Below, one piece after another: positions 17,783 to 41,318 of a stretch of DNA of 64,000 bases. Location: assembly GCF_009914755.1 (NCBI RefSeq), contig NC_060927.1; one strand, written 5' to 3'. Each line of letters opens with the position of its first letter. Positions within the stretch are counted from its first letter, which is position 1. A program made the translations under genes and the position numbers. The stretch is from the human T2T-CHM13v2.0 reference genome, Homo sapiens. The notes beneath the pieces were generated by a model that had not been told where the DNA came from, made no database searches, and saw nothing but the letters and a program-made list of their open reading frames with translations.

Positions 17783-18025
17783 AGGGCCGCCCTCCCGCCT
17801 CGCTGAAGCCCGCGAGCGCCCCGCACAGCCGCCCTCCCTGCCCGCGCCTGCGCACCGGCTGCTGGGCGGGAACTGGTCGCGTCCGGACGCGCGACAGCTT
17901 CCACCCGCCTCAGGCAGTATCAGCCGCGCCGCAGTCGGAGGAAATAGACGCGGGGCCTGAGGCTCCTGGACTTGAGGTATTAGGCTGGTGCAGAAGTAAT
18001 TGCGGCGGCCGGGTGCGGGGGCTCA

Positions 18026-18634
<609 letters not shown>

Positions 18635-18732
18635 TGACAGGCGTGAGCCATCGTACTCTGCCGCATTCCCTGCTTATAAGCACCAGTCCCTGGTCCTGTT
18701 TTAGAAGGCTGTTGTATCTTGGCCTCTGCTAG

Positions 18733-19032
<300 letters not shown>

Positions 19033-19441
19033 TGAACTCTTGGGCTCAAGTGATTATCCCACCTCAGCCTTCCAAAGTGCTGGGATTACAGGCATGAACC
19101 ATCACAGCCAGCTGGGATATTGTTTTTCGAATCGCTGTCATGTTCTGTACTATATGCAGTTCCTGAAAGAATGGAGGCAAGAAGGAGTCAGCTAACCACT
19201 GTGAACTGTCTTAGTGCCAAGGACCCACCCTTCTCTCCTTGGGGTCCTGCTGACCCATCAGAATAGGGCTGAGCCAGGATGGGGCTTGTGGAGATGATGT
19301 GTATGAGTGTGCATGCACTTGTGTGTGCATGCCTAACATCCAAAACTAGATATAAATTCTTTAAACTTTTCATTAGTTGGCCAGGCACGGTGACTCGCAC
19401 CTGTGATCCCAGCACTTTGGGAGGCCGAGGCGGGCGGATCA

Positions 19442-20092
<651 letters not shown>

Positions 20093-20109
20093 TCACTGAG
20101 GCAGAATAG

Positions 20110-20438
<329 letters not shown>

Positions 20439-20651
20439 TGAACTTCTGACCTCACGATCTGCCTGCCTCAGACTCCTAAAGTGCTGGGATTACAGGTGTG
20501 AGCCACTGCACCCGGCCTCTTTTTTTTTTTTTTTTTTTTTTTTTTGTGAGACAGAGTCTCTGTCCCCCAGGCTGGAGTTCAGTGGTGCAATCTCGGCTCA
20601 CTGCAACCTCTGTCTCCTGGTTTCAAGCAATTCTCCTGCTTCAGCCTCTGA

Positions 20652-21011
<360 letters not shown>

Positions 21012-21140
21012 TGAAAACCCCGCAGTGGGAGAGCAGGAGGCCCCTGCTTCTAGGTGCCGTGTGAGAAGCAGCTGTGAGGTCGGGTTGGGTGGCTCACGCC
21101 TGTAATCCCAGCACTTTGGGAGGCCGAGGTGGGCGGGTCA

Positions 21141-21706
<566 letters not shown>

Positions 21707-21766
21707 GGACAGAGGTGATGCTCCTCTACTTGTTGAACTCTTGAACACTAGTGAAGAGAATGCTGG

Positions 21767-22612
<846 letters not shown>

Positions 22613-23355
22613 TGGAGAAGTTGAATTTAGAAGATGGGGGTTGGGGCCAGGCACAGTGACTCATGCCTGTAATCCAGCGCTTTGGGAGACCAAGGTGGGA
22701 GGATCACTTGAGGTCAGGAGTTCAAGACCAGACTGGGCAATATAGCGAGACTCCCTCTCTACAGAAAATTTAAAAATTAGCCAGGTGTAGTGGTGTGTGC
22801 CTGTAGTCCCAGCTACTCGGAGGCTAAGGCAGGAGGATCGCTTGAGTGCATGGGTTGTAGGTTACAGTAAGCTATGATTGTGCCACTGTACTCCAGACAG
22901 GGGAACAGAGCAAGACCCTGTCTCAGCAACAACAAAACAACAGGGAGATAGGGGGTCAGGTGCTGACTTCACCTTAACTTCACTGTGTGCTTTTACAGCA
23001 AGCCTGTTACCCTCTGTGAGCCTCAACTTCTCTATGTGTAACAAATGGCCAACTTTATGGGATTGTCAAGAAGCTGAAATGAGACCCTGGCTGGAGGATA
23101 TTTTATGGACTATAAATTCCTAAACAATTATAATAACTTAGTTATTTATCCTATCCATGGATCACCTGGAAGTTTACAATGTGATTTAAAATGCATTCTA
23201 TCATTCCACCGACCTGCAGTGAATTTTGTTGTCATTATTACTCCAGGGATACCTAAAGGGGAAGTTTGTTTATAATTCGTACCCACTCCTTGTAGAAAGG
23301 ATTCAAGACAGCCGATGATGAAAACACCCATGCTTGCAAGTGAAGGTTCTGCCTG

Positions 23356-23536
23356 TCACTTCTCGCAGAGGCTGCAGAAAAGGCCCAGGAGGCTGTTGAT
23401 GACATGAACGACCACCAGGAGAAGCTGGAGCAGGCTGATGCACAGAAGGGCGGAGAAGAGGGACACGTGCCAGACAACAGCTGCAGAGGGCTCCAGGCAG
23501 ACGGAGTTCCAGAGCGAACGGTCATACAGATAATTC
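23356..23536 (-). CDS. TM4SF19: TM4SF19 last coding exon
   Basis: Acceptor gggatag|G; NYLYDRSLWNSVCLEP...GLFCSLCEK-TGA; exons sum to 201+78+170+181=630 nt = 209 aa + stop. Confidence 0.95.
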
Positions 23537-23809
23537 CTATCCCAAAAAATAAGGAGACCAGGGGTCAGGCGATAAGTAAGGAAAGCCAAACAGGCAACCC
23601 CAGTAGAAAACTGGGGTCTCCCCTGACCGGGTCATGGGACTGGGCTCATGAGGGTGACCGTTACTGCTCCATTTGCAATTTTCTGAGTATCAGAGGAGCA
23701 AGATGCTAGGATGTGTGACCCAAAGGAGCTTGTAGTTCGTCTGTGTGTCTTTTTGTCTCTCTCTCTCTCTCTGTCTGAAAAGACCAAGCCCAAGCCTCCA
23801 CCCATTTAC

Positions 23810-23979
23810 CTACTATGCAGGTCTTTGAATGGGTAACCATATTTCCAAGCTTGTGTCTGATTGAAGGATGAAACATCAAACATGCAAAAAGGACCATCTT
23901 TCAGAGCAACTCCAGAAGTGACAAAGCAAATCAGGGCTCCAAGTAAAGCCAGGCCACCTGACAACAGAGCAGTAAGCAC
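23810..23979 (-). CDS. TM4SF19: TM4SF19 coding exon 3
   Basis: Acceptor ctccctccgcag|G, donor TAG|gtaaat; 170 nt VLTALLSGGLALLGALICFVTSGVALKDGPFC...YGYPFKDLHS(R). Confidence 0.95.
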
Positions 23980-24081
23980 CTGCGGAGGGAGGAGAAACAC
24001 TGAGCTAAGACGGGGTCGCAGCTGGGGAGCCTGCGGAGGGAGGAGAAACGCTGAGCTAAGACGGGGTCGCGGCTGGGGAGT
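23980..24081. repeat. 51-bp tandem duplication abutting a TM4SF19 splice acceptor
   Basis: CTGCGGAGGGAGGAGAAACRCTGAGCTAAGACGGGGTCGCRGCTGGGGAGY x2. Confidence 0.95.
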
Positions 24082-24978
24082 CTGTGGGGCGGTCTGCACA
24101 GGTCTGACTTCTCTGGTCTCAGTGTTCTTCCGTCCTGTCATGGGGGAGAATTCTGTCCATGGCACCCCCTTTGAAGCATAACCCATGGTGGGGAGGCCGT
24201 GAGGGGTTTCTAGGAGAGAAAGGACCAAGAAGCAGAATCGCAGGCCCCGGATCTCCCTGACCGTGAGTTCGCCTGAGCTGCTCAGCAGCTTGGCATCACA
24301 AACCTTTTGCACATTACAGCCATTCAGCCTCTGAGCTAAAGAAGAAGCTACCACAGGCCCACCACTGACTCTTCTAAGGAAAAGCTGCATTTTCAAAAGT
24401 TCCAGGTTCCCAACTCTGATTCTTCTCTATTTCAAATCAAGGATAAAAAAAAGGAAGGGAGGGAAGGAAGGAAAGAAAGAAGCAGGAAAGAAGGGAAGGA
24501 GAGAAGTGGGAGGGAGGGAAAGAAGGGAGAGAAACAGCGAGAGAGAAGCTGCAGCCAAGCTCTGAAATGACTCCACTTCTGTCGCTGTGTTTCTCCAGCT
24601 GAGAGCTTTCTTGGCCATCAGTCTGTGCTCCCACTGCCCTCCCAGAAAATAACTGGGTTTCCTTCCTTGACAGGTTTCTAGCCTGCTTCTACATTGGCTT
24701 CTTTCTCGTTCCTTCCTTCCTTCCCTTCCTTCCTTCTTTCTCTCTCTCTCTTTCTTTTTGAGACAGAGTCTCACTCTGTCGCCCAGGCTGGAGTGCAGTG
24801 GCACGATCTCAGCTCACTGCAACCTCTGCCTCTGAGTTCAAGCGATTCTCCTGCCTCAGCCTCCCAAGTAGCTGGGACTACAAGCATGCGCCACCACACC
24901 CAGCTAATTTTTGTATTTTTAGTAGAAATGGGGTTTCACTGTGTTGGTCATGCCGGTCTCAATCTCCTGACCTTGTGA

Positions 24979-25107
<129 letters not shown>

Positions 25108-25261
25108 TGAATAACACCTACATAGCGTTTTTCTGCAGAGTCATGGAGTCATTCTCCCACTGAGGTCAAGCTGGTTTGGAGTTGGGGAGGGATCAGACAA
25201 AGGTGCATAGTAAGTTTTGACTCTGAGTTAAAGGAGTCAAGATGAATCAGTAAGCCTAGGG

Positions 25262-25441
25262 CAGTGGTTCCCAAAATGGGGTCCCTGCCCAGCCGCATCA
25301 CATCACCTGAGAACCTGTTAGAAATGCAAAACTTCCCCGCCATCCTGAATCAGAAACTCTGGGGAGGGAGCCCAGCAATCCGTGTTCCGGCAAAAGCCCT
25401 CCAGGTGATTCTCATGCACATTCAAGTGTCAGAACTACGTG
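25262..25441. mobile_element. MER5A-like hAT-Charlie MITE
   Basis: CAGTGGTTCCCAAA...CATCACCTGAGAACCTGTTAGAAATGCA...GAATCAGAAACTCTGGGG...CCCTCCAGGTGATTCT. Confidence 0.75.
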
Positions 25442-25462
25442 CCACGGGGAAAACCAGAATGA

Positions 25463-25750
<288 letters not shown>

Positions 25751-26212
25751 TGATCCGCCCATCTTGGCCTCCCAAAGTGCTGGGATTACAGGCGTGAGCC
25801 ACCGCGCCTGGCCTATATTTGATTTTTTAACATGTAACTGAGTCAGTGGGCTTCCCAACATGTGGGCTGCAGATATCAGAGCAGGCTGTGGAGTTACCAT
25901 AAGGCCACAGATTCATGTCTGAGAACGAGTGTGTGTGTGTGTGTGTGTTTGTTACACACACATATACTGAGATCTTTCAAGTTTATACAGTTGCTGCTGT
26001 AATTAATAAGGTAGAAATTTATTCTGGGCCTCAGTTTATCTGTAAAATGGAGGGGTTAGATTAGAATCTAGTGATTAGATGATCTCTGGAAAACTTTCCT
26101 GTTCTAAGAAAATATTAGTTAAAATAACTAGGAAAATTTCCATCAATGACACATGATTACAGTGTCATAACTCATGTCCATATTGTCCAACACCCTAAGA
26201 GAGTAACAGTTT

Positions 26213-26262
26213 CTCACACTGGTACAGACGTCTGGGTCCTCACACTGGTACAGACGTCTGGG
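26213..26262. repeat. 26-bp tandem duplication
   Basis: CTCACACTGGTACAGACGTCTGGG twice, period 26. Confidence 0.85.
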
Positions 26263-26487
26263 CTTCACTAAGCACTACTCCCTTGACTTGATCAGCTCCC
26301 ATTTTACGGATGAAAGCCTGAAACTGGAAAGATGAAGCAACTTGCCCAAGAACTTAGCGTTACTGAGGGTCACAGTGAGGACCTGACTTCAGGCCCCAAG
26401 ACCAAAATTGCCTCTTTACCGCCCTGCCTCTAGAGTAATAGAGGTGGAGACATTCTGGGTGTTAGAAGAGTGGAATCTGGTGCTTAC

Positions 26488-26565
26488 GCTTCGACAGAGC
26501 CCACTCTTACTGAAGCAGCCGTATCTCCAGCCCATCAAGGAGATGAGGATAGCTGCAGTGAGTAC
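26488..26565 (-). CDS. TM4SF19: TM4SF19 coding exon 2
   Basis: Acceptor ctctcctgcag|G, donor AGC|gtaagc; 78 nt VLTAAILISLMGWRYGCFSKSGLCRS. Confidence 0.93.
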
Positions 26566-26922
26566 CTGCAGGAGAGAGAAGAATGTTGAGATGGGGAAAT
26601 CGACTTTGCCGGCTGTTTCTAGGTGCTGCCCACAGCTGTTAGAGTGGCTGGCAGCTCACATGAACACAGTCCTGTTGACTCTGACTCTGGGGACCCACAT
26701 TTGTATGACGAGCCTGATCTAACGCTGTGGATGTTAACTTTCACACCTGACCTGCCTGGTCCCAAGCTAGGCTTCCTGTCTCTTAGAGCTTCTACAGACC
26801 CAAGATCAGCTTGTTAGAATAAACTTTTCTGCAAGGAATCAAAACACTCTTCCCATGCCACCTTCCTGCTCCCCGCCGGGGTCTCTTTGAGAGTTCACGT
26901 TCAGGGAACCCCGGACACTTAC

Positions 26923-27123
26923 CATGAGGCCTCCTCCCCAGAGCCCAGTTCCCAGCATGGCATGCCTGCCAAGGAGGCCCCTCAACAGGTAGGTGACATC
27001 CCAGTTAGGAAGGAGGAGTGCCACGTTGGCCCCAGCAGCAAACAGGGCTGCAGTCCCAAGGCTCAGTCCCAGGATACGGGAGCAAGTCCGTGAGCTTGCC
27101 GGCGTGCAGGGAGAGGACACCAT
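26923..27123 (-). CDS. TM4SF19: TM4SF19 first coding exon (L6 tetraspan family)
   Basis: Acceptor ttccag|G then ATG at 27123; MVSSPCTPASSRTCSRILGLSLG...GLWGGGLM; donor ATG|gtaagt; 201 nt. Confidence 0.95.
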
Positions 27124-27429
27124 CCTGGAACAGATAGAAAGGGAGTCGCGGCAGCTCTGCTGTGGGGGGATGGGGAAGGGAACTCCAGCAGCATATCATG
27201 GGTGAGGGAAACAGACTACAGAAACCACCACCTTCCAGGGTCAGACCAATGAGAGCCAAGCAACCTGCTTAAAAACTCTGCTCCTTAGGAATCTTCCCCA
27301 GTGACTAGGATTTAATTGTTTCCTTTTCTGCTAACCCCTGTTCACACATACATAGTTTGCATTCCATCATATTTTGTTTATGCCTCTATTACAGCCAGTG
27401 ATTATTTCTGACAAAAAGAAATGTTTAAA

Positions 27430-30410
<2,981 letters not shown>

Positions 30411-30523
30411 TTAAAATGTCATATCTAGATAAATTATAAAATGCCTCTTCCACTCCTTATGTTCCTCTCTTTTATATTTTCATTGATATGTGAACTTCTT
30501 GTTTTTTAGAAAAATATGAATTA

Positions 30524-30855
<332 letters not shown>

Positions 30856-31159
30856 CTAGTAATATTTGGGCAGACTCATGTCAATGTGGATCTGAAAAAA
30901 GTCAGCGTCATGACATCCCCAGGAAGTGGCCTGTTCCCACTGTGCAGTTCAGTTACACGTCTGTCTCCCCTTAAGGCTCGCTATTTATTTATTTATTTAA
31001 TTTATTTATTTATTTTTTATTGAAAAAATATTATTTTTAGCCGGGTGCAGTGGCTCACGCCTGTAATCCCAGCACTTTGGGAGGCCAAAGCCGGCAGATC
31101 ACCTGAGGTCAGGAGTTCAAGACCAGCCTGGCCATCATGACGAAACCCCATCTCTACTA

Positions 31160-31318
<159 letters not shown>

Positions 31319-31802
31319 TCAGAAGAAAAAAAAATGTAATAGAGGTGAGGTCTCCTTATGTGGCCCAGGCTGGTCTCAAACTCCTTGGCTCAAGGGCCCT
31401 CCCACTTCAGACACCTAAAGTGCTAGGATGACAGGCGTGAGCCACTGCACTTGGCCCCTTGAGGCTCTTGACACGCCTATAACACACTGCTTTGCACCTA
31501 ATCAGAAAATATGTGTATAGAGGCCGGGCACGGTGGCTCACGCCTGTAACCCCAGCACTTTGGGAGGCTGAGGTGGGTGGATCACGAGGTCAGGAGTTTC
31601 CGACCAACCTGGCCAACATGGTGAAACCCTGTCTCTACTAAAAATACAAAAAAATTAGCTGGGCATGGTGGCGGGTGCCTGTGGTCCCAGCTACTCGGGA
31701 GGCTGAGGCAGTAGAATGGCGTGAACCTGGGGGGCTGAGATCACGCCAGTGCACTCCAGCCTGGGCAAGAGAGTGAGATTCGGTCTCAAAAAAAAAAAAT
31801 TA

Positions 31803-33090
<1,288 letters not shown>

Positions 33091-33484
33091 ACATCACACA
33101 TAAATAATGAAATATTTCACAGCATGAAGAATTAAACATTGGGGGAGGGCCAGGGCTGAAAAACTATCTGTAGGTACCGCGCTCACTACCTGAGTGACGG
33201 GAATCACTCATACCCTAACCTCAACATCACACAATAGACACGGAACAAGCCTGTATATGTATCCCCGGATCTAAAATAAAAGTTGAAATTATATTTTTAA
33301 AATTTGCATTAAAGGCCAGGTGCAGTAGTTCACGCCTATAATCCCAGCACTGTGGGAGGCCGAGGCGGGTGGATCACTTGAGGTCAGGAGTTCAAGACAG
33401 CCTGGCCAACCTGGCGAAACCTCATCTCTACTAAAAATACAAAACTTAGCTGGGAATGGTGGTGTGCGCCTGTAATCCCAGCTA

Positions 33485-33611
<127 letters not shown>

Positions 33612-33987
33612 TTAAAAAAGAATTAAACATAATGTGTAAAATATATTTGTAACTTGTGTGAGATAATTAACACCCATGTAAACACAACCAATATCAAACA
33701 TACGTCATTACCCATCACATCACTGACACTCAGGTGTGCCCTCTCCAATCCTGCCTTCTTTCTGGATTCCTTCCTAGGAACTACTATCCTATATTTCATC
33801 TTCAACATATCCTTTTAAAAACAGTTTTACGACTTAGGAACTCAGAATTGTTTTAGAAACTTGGTTAGTCGGGTGTTTTCCATTTTTCAAGACTGTAGCT
33901 TTTCTTTTCTTTTTCTTTTTTTTTTTGAGATGGAGTCTTGCTCTGTCTCCCAGGCTGTAGCTCAGAAACAGACCCGGTCCAGGATAA

Positions 33988-34303
<316 letters not shown>

Positions 34304-34315
34304 TAAAGAAGACAA

Positions 34316-34872
34316 GGGGAGGGGTGCCCTGGGAGGGTGGGGGTAGGAGAGAGGAAGGGTGCCCTGAGAAGGTGGGGGTTAGGAGAAGGGAGGGGTGCAC
34401 TGGGAGGGTGGGTGTAGGAGAGGGAAGGGATGCCCTGAGAAGGTGGGGGTTGGAGAGGGGAGGGGTGCTCTGGGAGGGTGGGGGTAGGAGAGGGGAGAGG
34501 TGCCCTGGGAGGGTGGCCAGAGGACAGGGGAGGAGTGCACAGGGAGAGTGGGGGTAGGAGAGGGGAGGGATGCACGGGGAGGGTGGAGGTAGCAGAGGGG
34601 AGGGGTGCATGGGGAGGGTGGGGGCAGGAGAGGGCAGGGGTGCTTGGGGAGGGGTTGTAGGAAAGAGGAGGGGTGCACTGGGAGGGTGGGGGTAGGAGAG
34701 GGGAGGGGTGCACTGGGAGGGTGTGGGTAGGAGAGGGGAGGGGTGCCCTGGGAGGGTGTGGGTAGGAGAGGGGAGGGGTGCCCTGGGAGGGTGGGGGTAG
34801 GAGAGGGGAGGGGTGCCCTGGGAGGGTGGGGGTAGGAGAGAGGTGGGGTGCCCTGAGAGGGTGGGCGTAGGA
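34316..34872. repeat. G-rich ~30-bp minisatellite, about 18 copies
   Basis: (GGGGAGGGGTGCCCTGGGAGGGTGGGGGTAGGAGA)-like units in TM4SF19 intron 1. Confidence 0.95.
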
Positions 34873-35480
34873 TATGAAGCAACAGTGACTCCTACCCCAG
34901 GGGCCCAAGGGTCCTGGGGCAGGGTGGGGTCAGGAATCGGGAGGGATGGGGTGTCTCTTCCCCCATCAATCCTCTGGCTGACAGGCCACCGGACTCCTCA
35001 GTCACAGCAAGGAACCTGTCCTGCTCCTGGGAGCAGGGCGCCTGTGGAGAACGGCCCCCTCACAGCCTGCCCACACTGCTGCGATGTCCCCGCATGTCTG
35101 CACATCCTCCCTCCGAGACGGTCCCATCGTGCAGTGCGGGGCTTGCAGTGTGTAATTCTGTGTTGAGGCAAATTAACCACCCAGGGTGTTAACAACTCAC
35201 AACTTTAATCCACTGCCCACCCAGATGTCTGACCGGGGCCCAAGGAAAGATGGGTGTGTGGCTGGCCTTTCAAGCGGGTGCTCTAGATCATGGGGCCAGG
35301 AGACGCCGTTGTGCAGGAATGCATTTAGTGCCTTCAAATCACGGCACCTCTGAGAAAGCACCGTCTACACACTTCAGCAACATCAACCCCCCTGACGATC
35401 TCTTCTACAGAAAACGTTCCCATCAGAAAAGTCTGTTTTTTTTGTTTTTGTTTTTGTTTTGTTTTTTGTTTTTTTTTTGA

Positions 35481-35585
<105 letters not shown>

Positions 35586-36359
35586 TGAGTAGCTGGGATT
35601 ACAGGTGCACACCACTACGCCCGGCTAATTTTGTATTTTTAGTAGAGATGGGGTTTCTCCAGGTTAGCCACGCTGGTCTTGAACTCCTGACCTCAGGTGA
35701 TTCACCTACCTTGGCCTCCTAAAGTGCTGGGATTACAGGTGTGAGCCACAGCGCCCAGCCCAGAAAACTCTTAAAGGGGAAACTAAAAATGATGGACAGC
35801 GAGGGAAAACTACCAGCTGGAGCATGGCTTTTGGATGAGTGGAATTCAGAGCCCTGGCTGTCCGCCAATCAAACACTAAAAGCACTTGCCGCACTGCGGC
35901 TTCGTGTGAATTTCACCCCTCCTCCTGACTTTATTCCCCTAGAAATTATAACATTTGGAGAAACCCTTCCAAAAATGTGAACCAGGAGGTTAGCAAAGAG
36001 GTGGCCTAATTTGATATCTGAAGAGACAAGCAAGATCAGAAGGTAAAACCTTAAAACCAGGCTGCTGGGGAGTTCCTTGTTCTGTCCTGAGGTCCTAGCT
36101 AGGTGAGCACGTCATCGGCTAGATGTCCAGGCAACAACAGAAGTGATCGGCTCAATTCCATGGAGGAAGAGACCGCACATTCTCTACATCTGTGTCTCTC
36201 CCTCGCCACCCAGCAAGGCTTTTCTTTCATTCTTCCTTCAGTCGGATATTTATTAAGTGATCACTACCTGACAGACACTTGGGGGGCTAGGGATATAACG
36301 ATGAAAAAGATGTAATCCCTTTCCTTGAGGAGCTTAAAGTCTAGTGGGGACACTGCTGA

Positions 36360-36632
<273 letters not shown>

Positions 36633-36636
36633 TAGA

Positions 36637-37257
36637 GCAGACATGAGCAGGGCGGGAGAGGGCCTCTACCCCAGTAATGTCAGGTGACTATCAGGTGATG
36701 GCCAGGCGGTTGTTACACTGTCTTTCTAAAATAATATTGGTCACAGCCAGCGTTGGGAAAGACAGTCTCCCAATAGATAGAAAATACCTGAACTTGGTGA
36801 TCAGCAGCTTCCTGGTAAGAGCTCAGGAATTGGGCGAGTGGGCTCAAGCATCTACACTAAGAAGCAAAATGGCGGAGTTTAGCTGGTGTGTGTGACCTTC
36901 CTCTAGTGCTGCTCCGCGGGTAAGGGAAAAACGCCTCAAGTGAGCATGCGCACGACTTCAGTAAACACACTGCGCATGCGGCCCCTCCCAAGTGCCTGTG
37001 CGGCAGGCAGGCGCCAAGTCAAGGGTCTAACAGCACATTTGGGTGTCTCAAGTCACGCACTTGGCCCTTTTCCAAGTGTACTTTACTTCCTTTCATTCCT
37101 GCTCAAAAACTTTTTAATAAACCTTCACTCCTGCTCTCAAACTTGCTTCAGCCTCTCCCTCTGCCTTAAACCCACTTCTGCCCCTCAGCCGAATCTCTCC
37201 CCCGAGAAGGCAAGGATTGAGTTTGCTGCAGACTCGCTGGATTCACAGCTGGTAACA
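36637..37257 (+). mobile_element. ERV1 solo LTR, LTR9-like, in TM4SF19 intron 1
   Basis: CAGACATGAGCAGGGC...AATGTCAGGTGACTATCAGGTGATGG start, AATAAA 37116-37121, ends GGTAACA; family assignment from memory. Confidence 0.65.
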
Positions 37258-37588
37258 GTAAGTACCAGGCAGGGGCATCCAACTTAAGGTGTCATGGAAG
37301 CACATGGAGGAACCTAATCCTATCTGGCAGAAGCAAAACGAAGCTTCCCGGAGGAAGGGCTGCCCATGCCCAAACTTGATGGACGATGAGATACTAGGCA
37401 GGAAGAGTATTCTAGGTGCAAAGGCCAGAAGTTGACAGACTGAGGCAACAGGAGAAGGTAAGTGAATGGCGCAAAGTCACACAGACGCCAAGCTGCAGAG
37501 CCAGGCTCACTGGAGTGGAAGCGTGCACTCTCATCTGTGAGGCTAGGCTGTTCCCTGGCCGTCACCTCACCCTTTCATCTCTGCTTAC

Positions 37589-37712
37589 CTGCATCTGGTG
37601 TCAAGAATCAGAATGGGAGAGACAGAACCTGGAGAAAGGCTGCGTCTTCAGAGTGGGGCTCCACTCCTCCAGCTCCAGGGCTGGACCTGAAGGTTGTCTT
37701 TCCAGGACTCTT
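37589..37712 (-). other. TM4SF19: TM4SF19 non-coding exon 1 (TSS approximate)
   Basis: Strong donor GATGCAG|gtaagc at 37589/37588; TATATA box at 37737-37742 about 25-30 nt upstream; splices to exon 2 giving CAG|GATGG. Confidence 0.7.
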
Positions 37713-37729
37713 TCCAGGAGGGCCAGGGA

Positions 37730-37930
37730 GGCTCTGTATATACGTAGAGGTCACCCAGGCGTGTGTGTGTGCGCGCCCCCACGCCCCTGCCCACAGGCCT
37801 GCATTGAAGGCGCTTCCGCTCCCCGGAGAGCCCTGTCCTGATGACCCACCCTCTGCTCATTTTCATGTGATTCTAAGGCAGGAAACGGGAGACATGGCCT
37901 CATGAGCTCCGCTGTCCTGATGAGTCACTG
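37730..37930 (-). promoter_or_regulatory. TM4SF19 proximal promoter (TATA, M-box, ETS, AP-1 motifs)
   Basis: TATATA 37737-37742; TCATGTGA 37863-37870; CAGGAAA ~37879-37885; TGAGTCA 37921-37927. Confidence 0.6.
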
Positions 37931-38140
37931 GATGCACCCGTGAGAAACACCTCACCCTCCGCTCTCCCCAGGCAGCAACACTTGCCACACCCCAGCTGTT
38001 CCTGTCCTCATCTGCCACCCCGCGAAGAATTTCGGCTCTTTGACAGAACAGCACCGAGCAGGGCAGCCACCCCTTTTTCCTCATCACTCTCCTTACCTTG
38101 CCCTTGGCTGACTCGATGTGTTGCATGGTTCCTGTACTAG

Positions 38141-38425
<285 letters not shown>

Positions 38426-38661
38426 TGAGCCACCGCACTCAGCCTCTTGTTCAAGCCCCAGGCCACTATCATCTTGTACCATACTCTCACCAAATTGCTG
38501 AGGATTTTGTGGTGCTCTCTGTGTGGGAGATCCGTGACCCTCTATGGACAAGCTCCTATTCAAGATTCAGTTCAAACATTCCCAGTGAAGTCTGCCAGGA
38601 TTTCTTTACTCCGAGTTAGGTACTTCTTTCTCTATGCTCCCATTGCATTTTAAACATCTAG

Positions 38662-40620
<1,959 letters not shown>

Positions 40621-40911
40621 CTGGAGTGTGACTCACTTCTTACTCCACCGCTGTGAGGTCCTTGCAGGCAGGGACTAACTCTTACTCTGCTCTGTATATT
40701 CTGAGCCTCACACAGAGCTTGGAACATGGTAGAAGCTCAAGAATGACTTGATGAATGAATTAATTCGTGCAATGCATAATTCATGCAACACAGTCTCTGC
40801 ACAGAGATTTTACTTCCAGTGATGAAAACAAACGATTACTGAGGAAACCCCTGATGCACATACATGAGAAGGGATCGTTATGACTGGCTATCACAGTTCC
40901 ATTTTTAAAAA

Positions 40912-41017
40912 TAAAATTGGAACTCTTCATTAATTTTCGTGTCATCCTTGCACGGGAACCACGTTAAACTAATCTGCATCGTCCCAATTTTAGTATATGT
41001 GTTGTCAAAGCAAGCAC
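40912..41017 (-). pseudogene. U6 snRNA pseudogene
   Basis: rc GTGCTTGCTTTGACAACACATATACTAAAATTGGGACGAT...GCAAGGATGACACGAAAATT...GAAGAGTTCC matches U6 with many substitutions; ACAGAGA box degraded. Confidence 0.9.
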
Positions 41018-41060
41018 AGTTTAAGTCTTCTAAACTGTTTATGAGCTGCTTTCTATATAA

Positions 41061-41318
<258 letters not shown>

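Noticed and set aside
17284-17904. 206-aa ORF as an extended DYNLT2B
   Set aside because: Only 17579-17691 is exonic coding; flanks are stop-poor CpG island sequence with a non-ATG start
40912-41017. Functional U6 snRNA gene
   Set aside because: Catalytic ACAGAGA region mutated and no evident upstream PSE; an Alu lies just upstream
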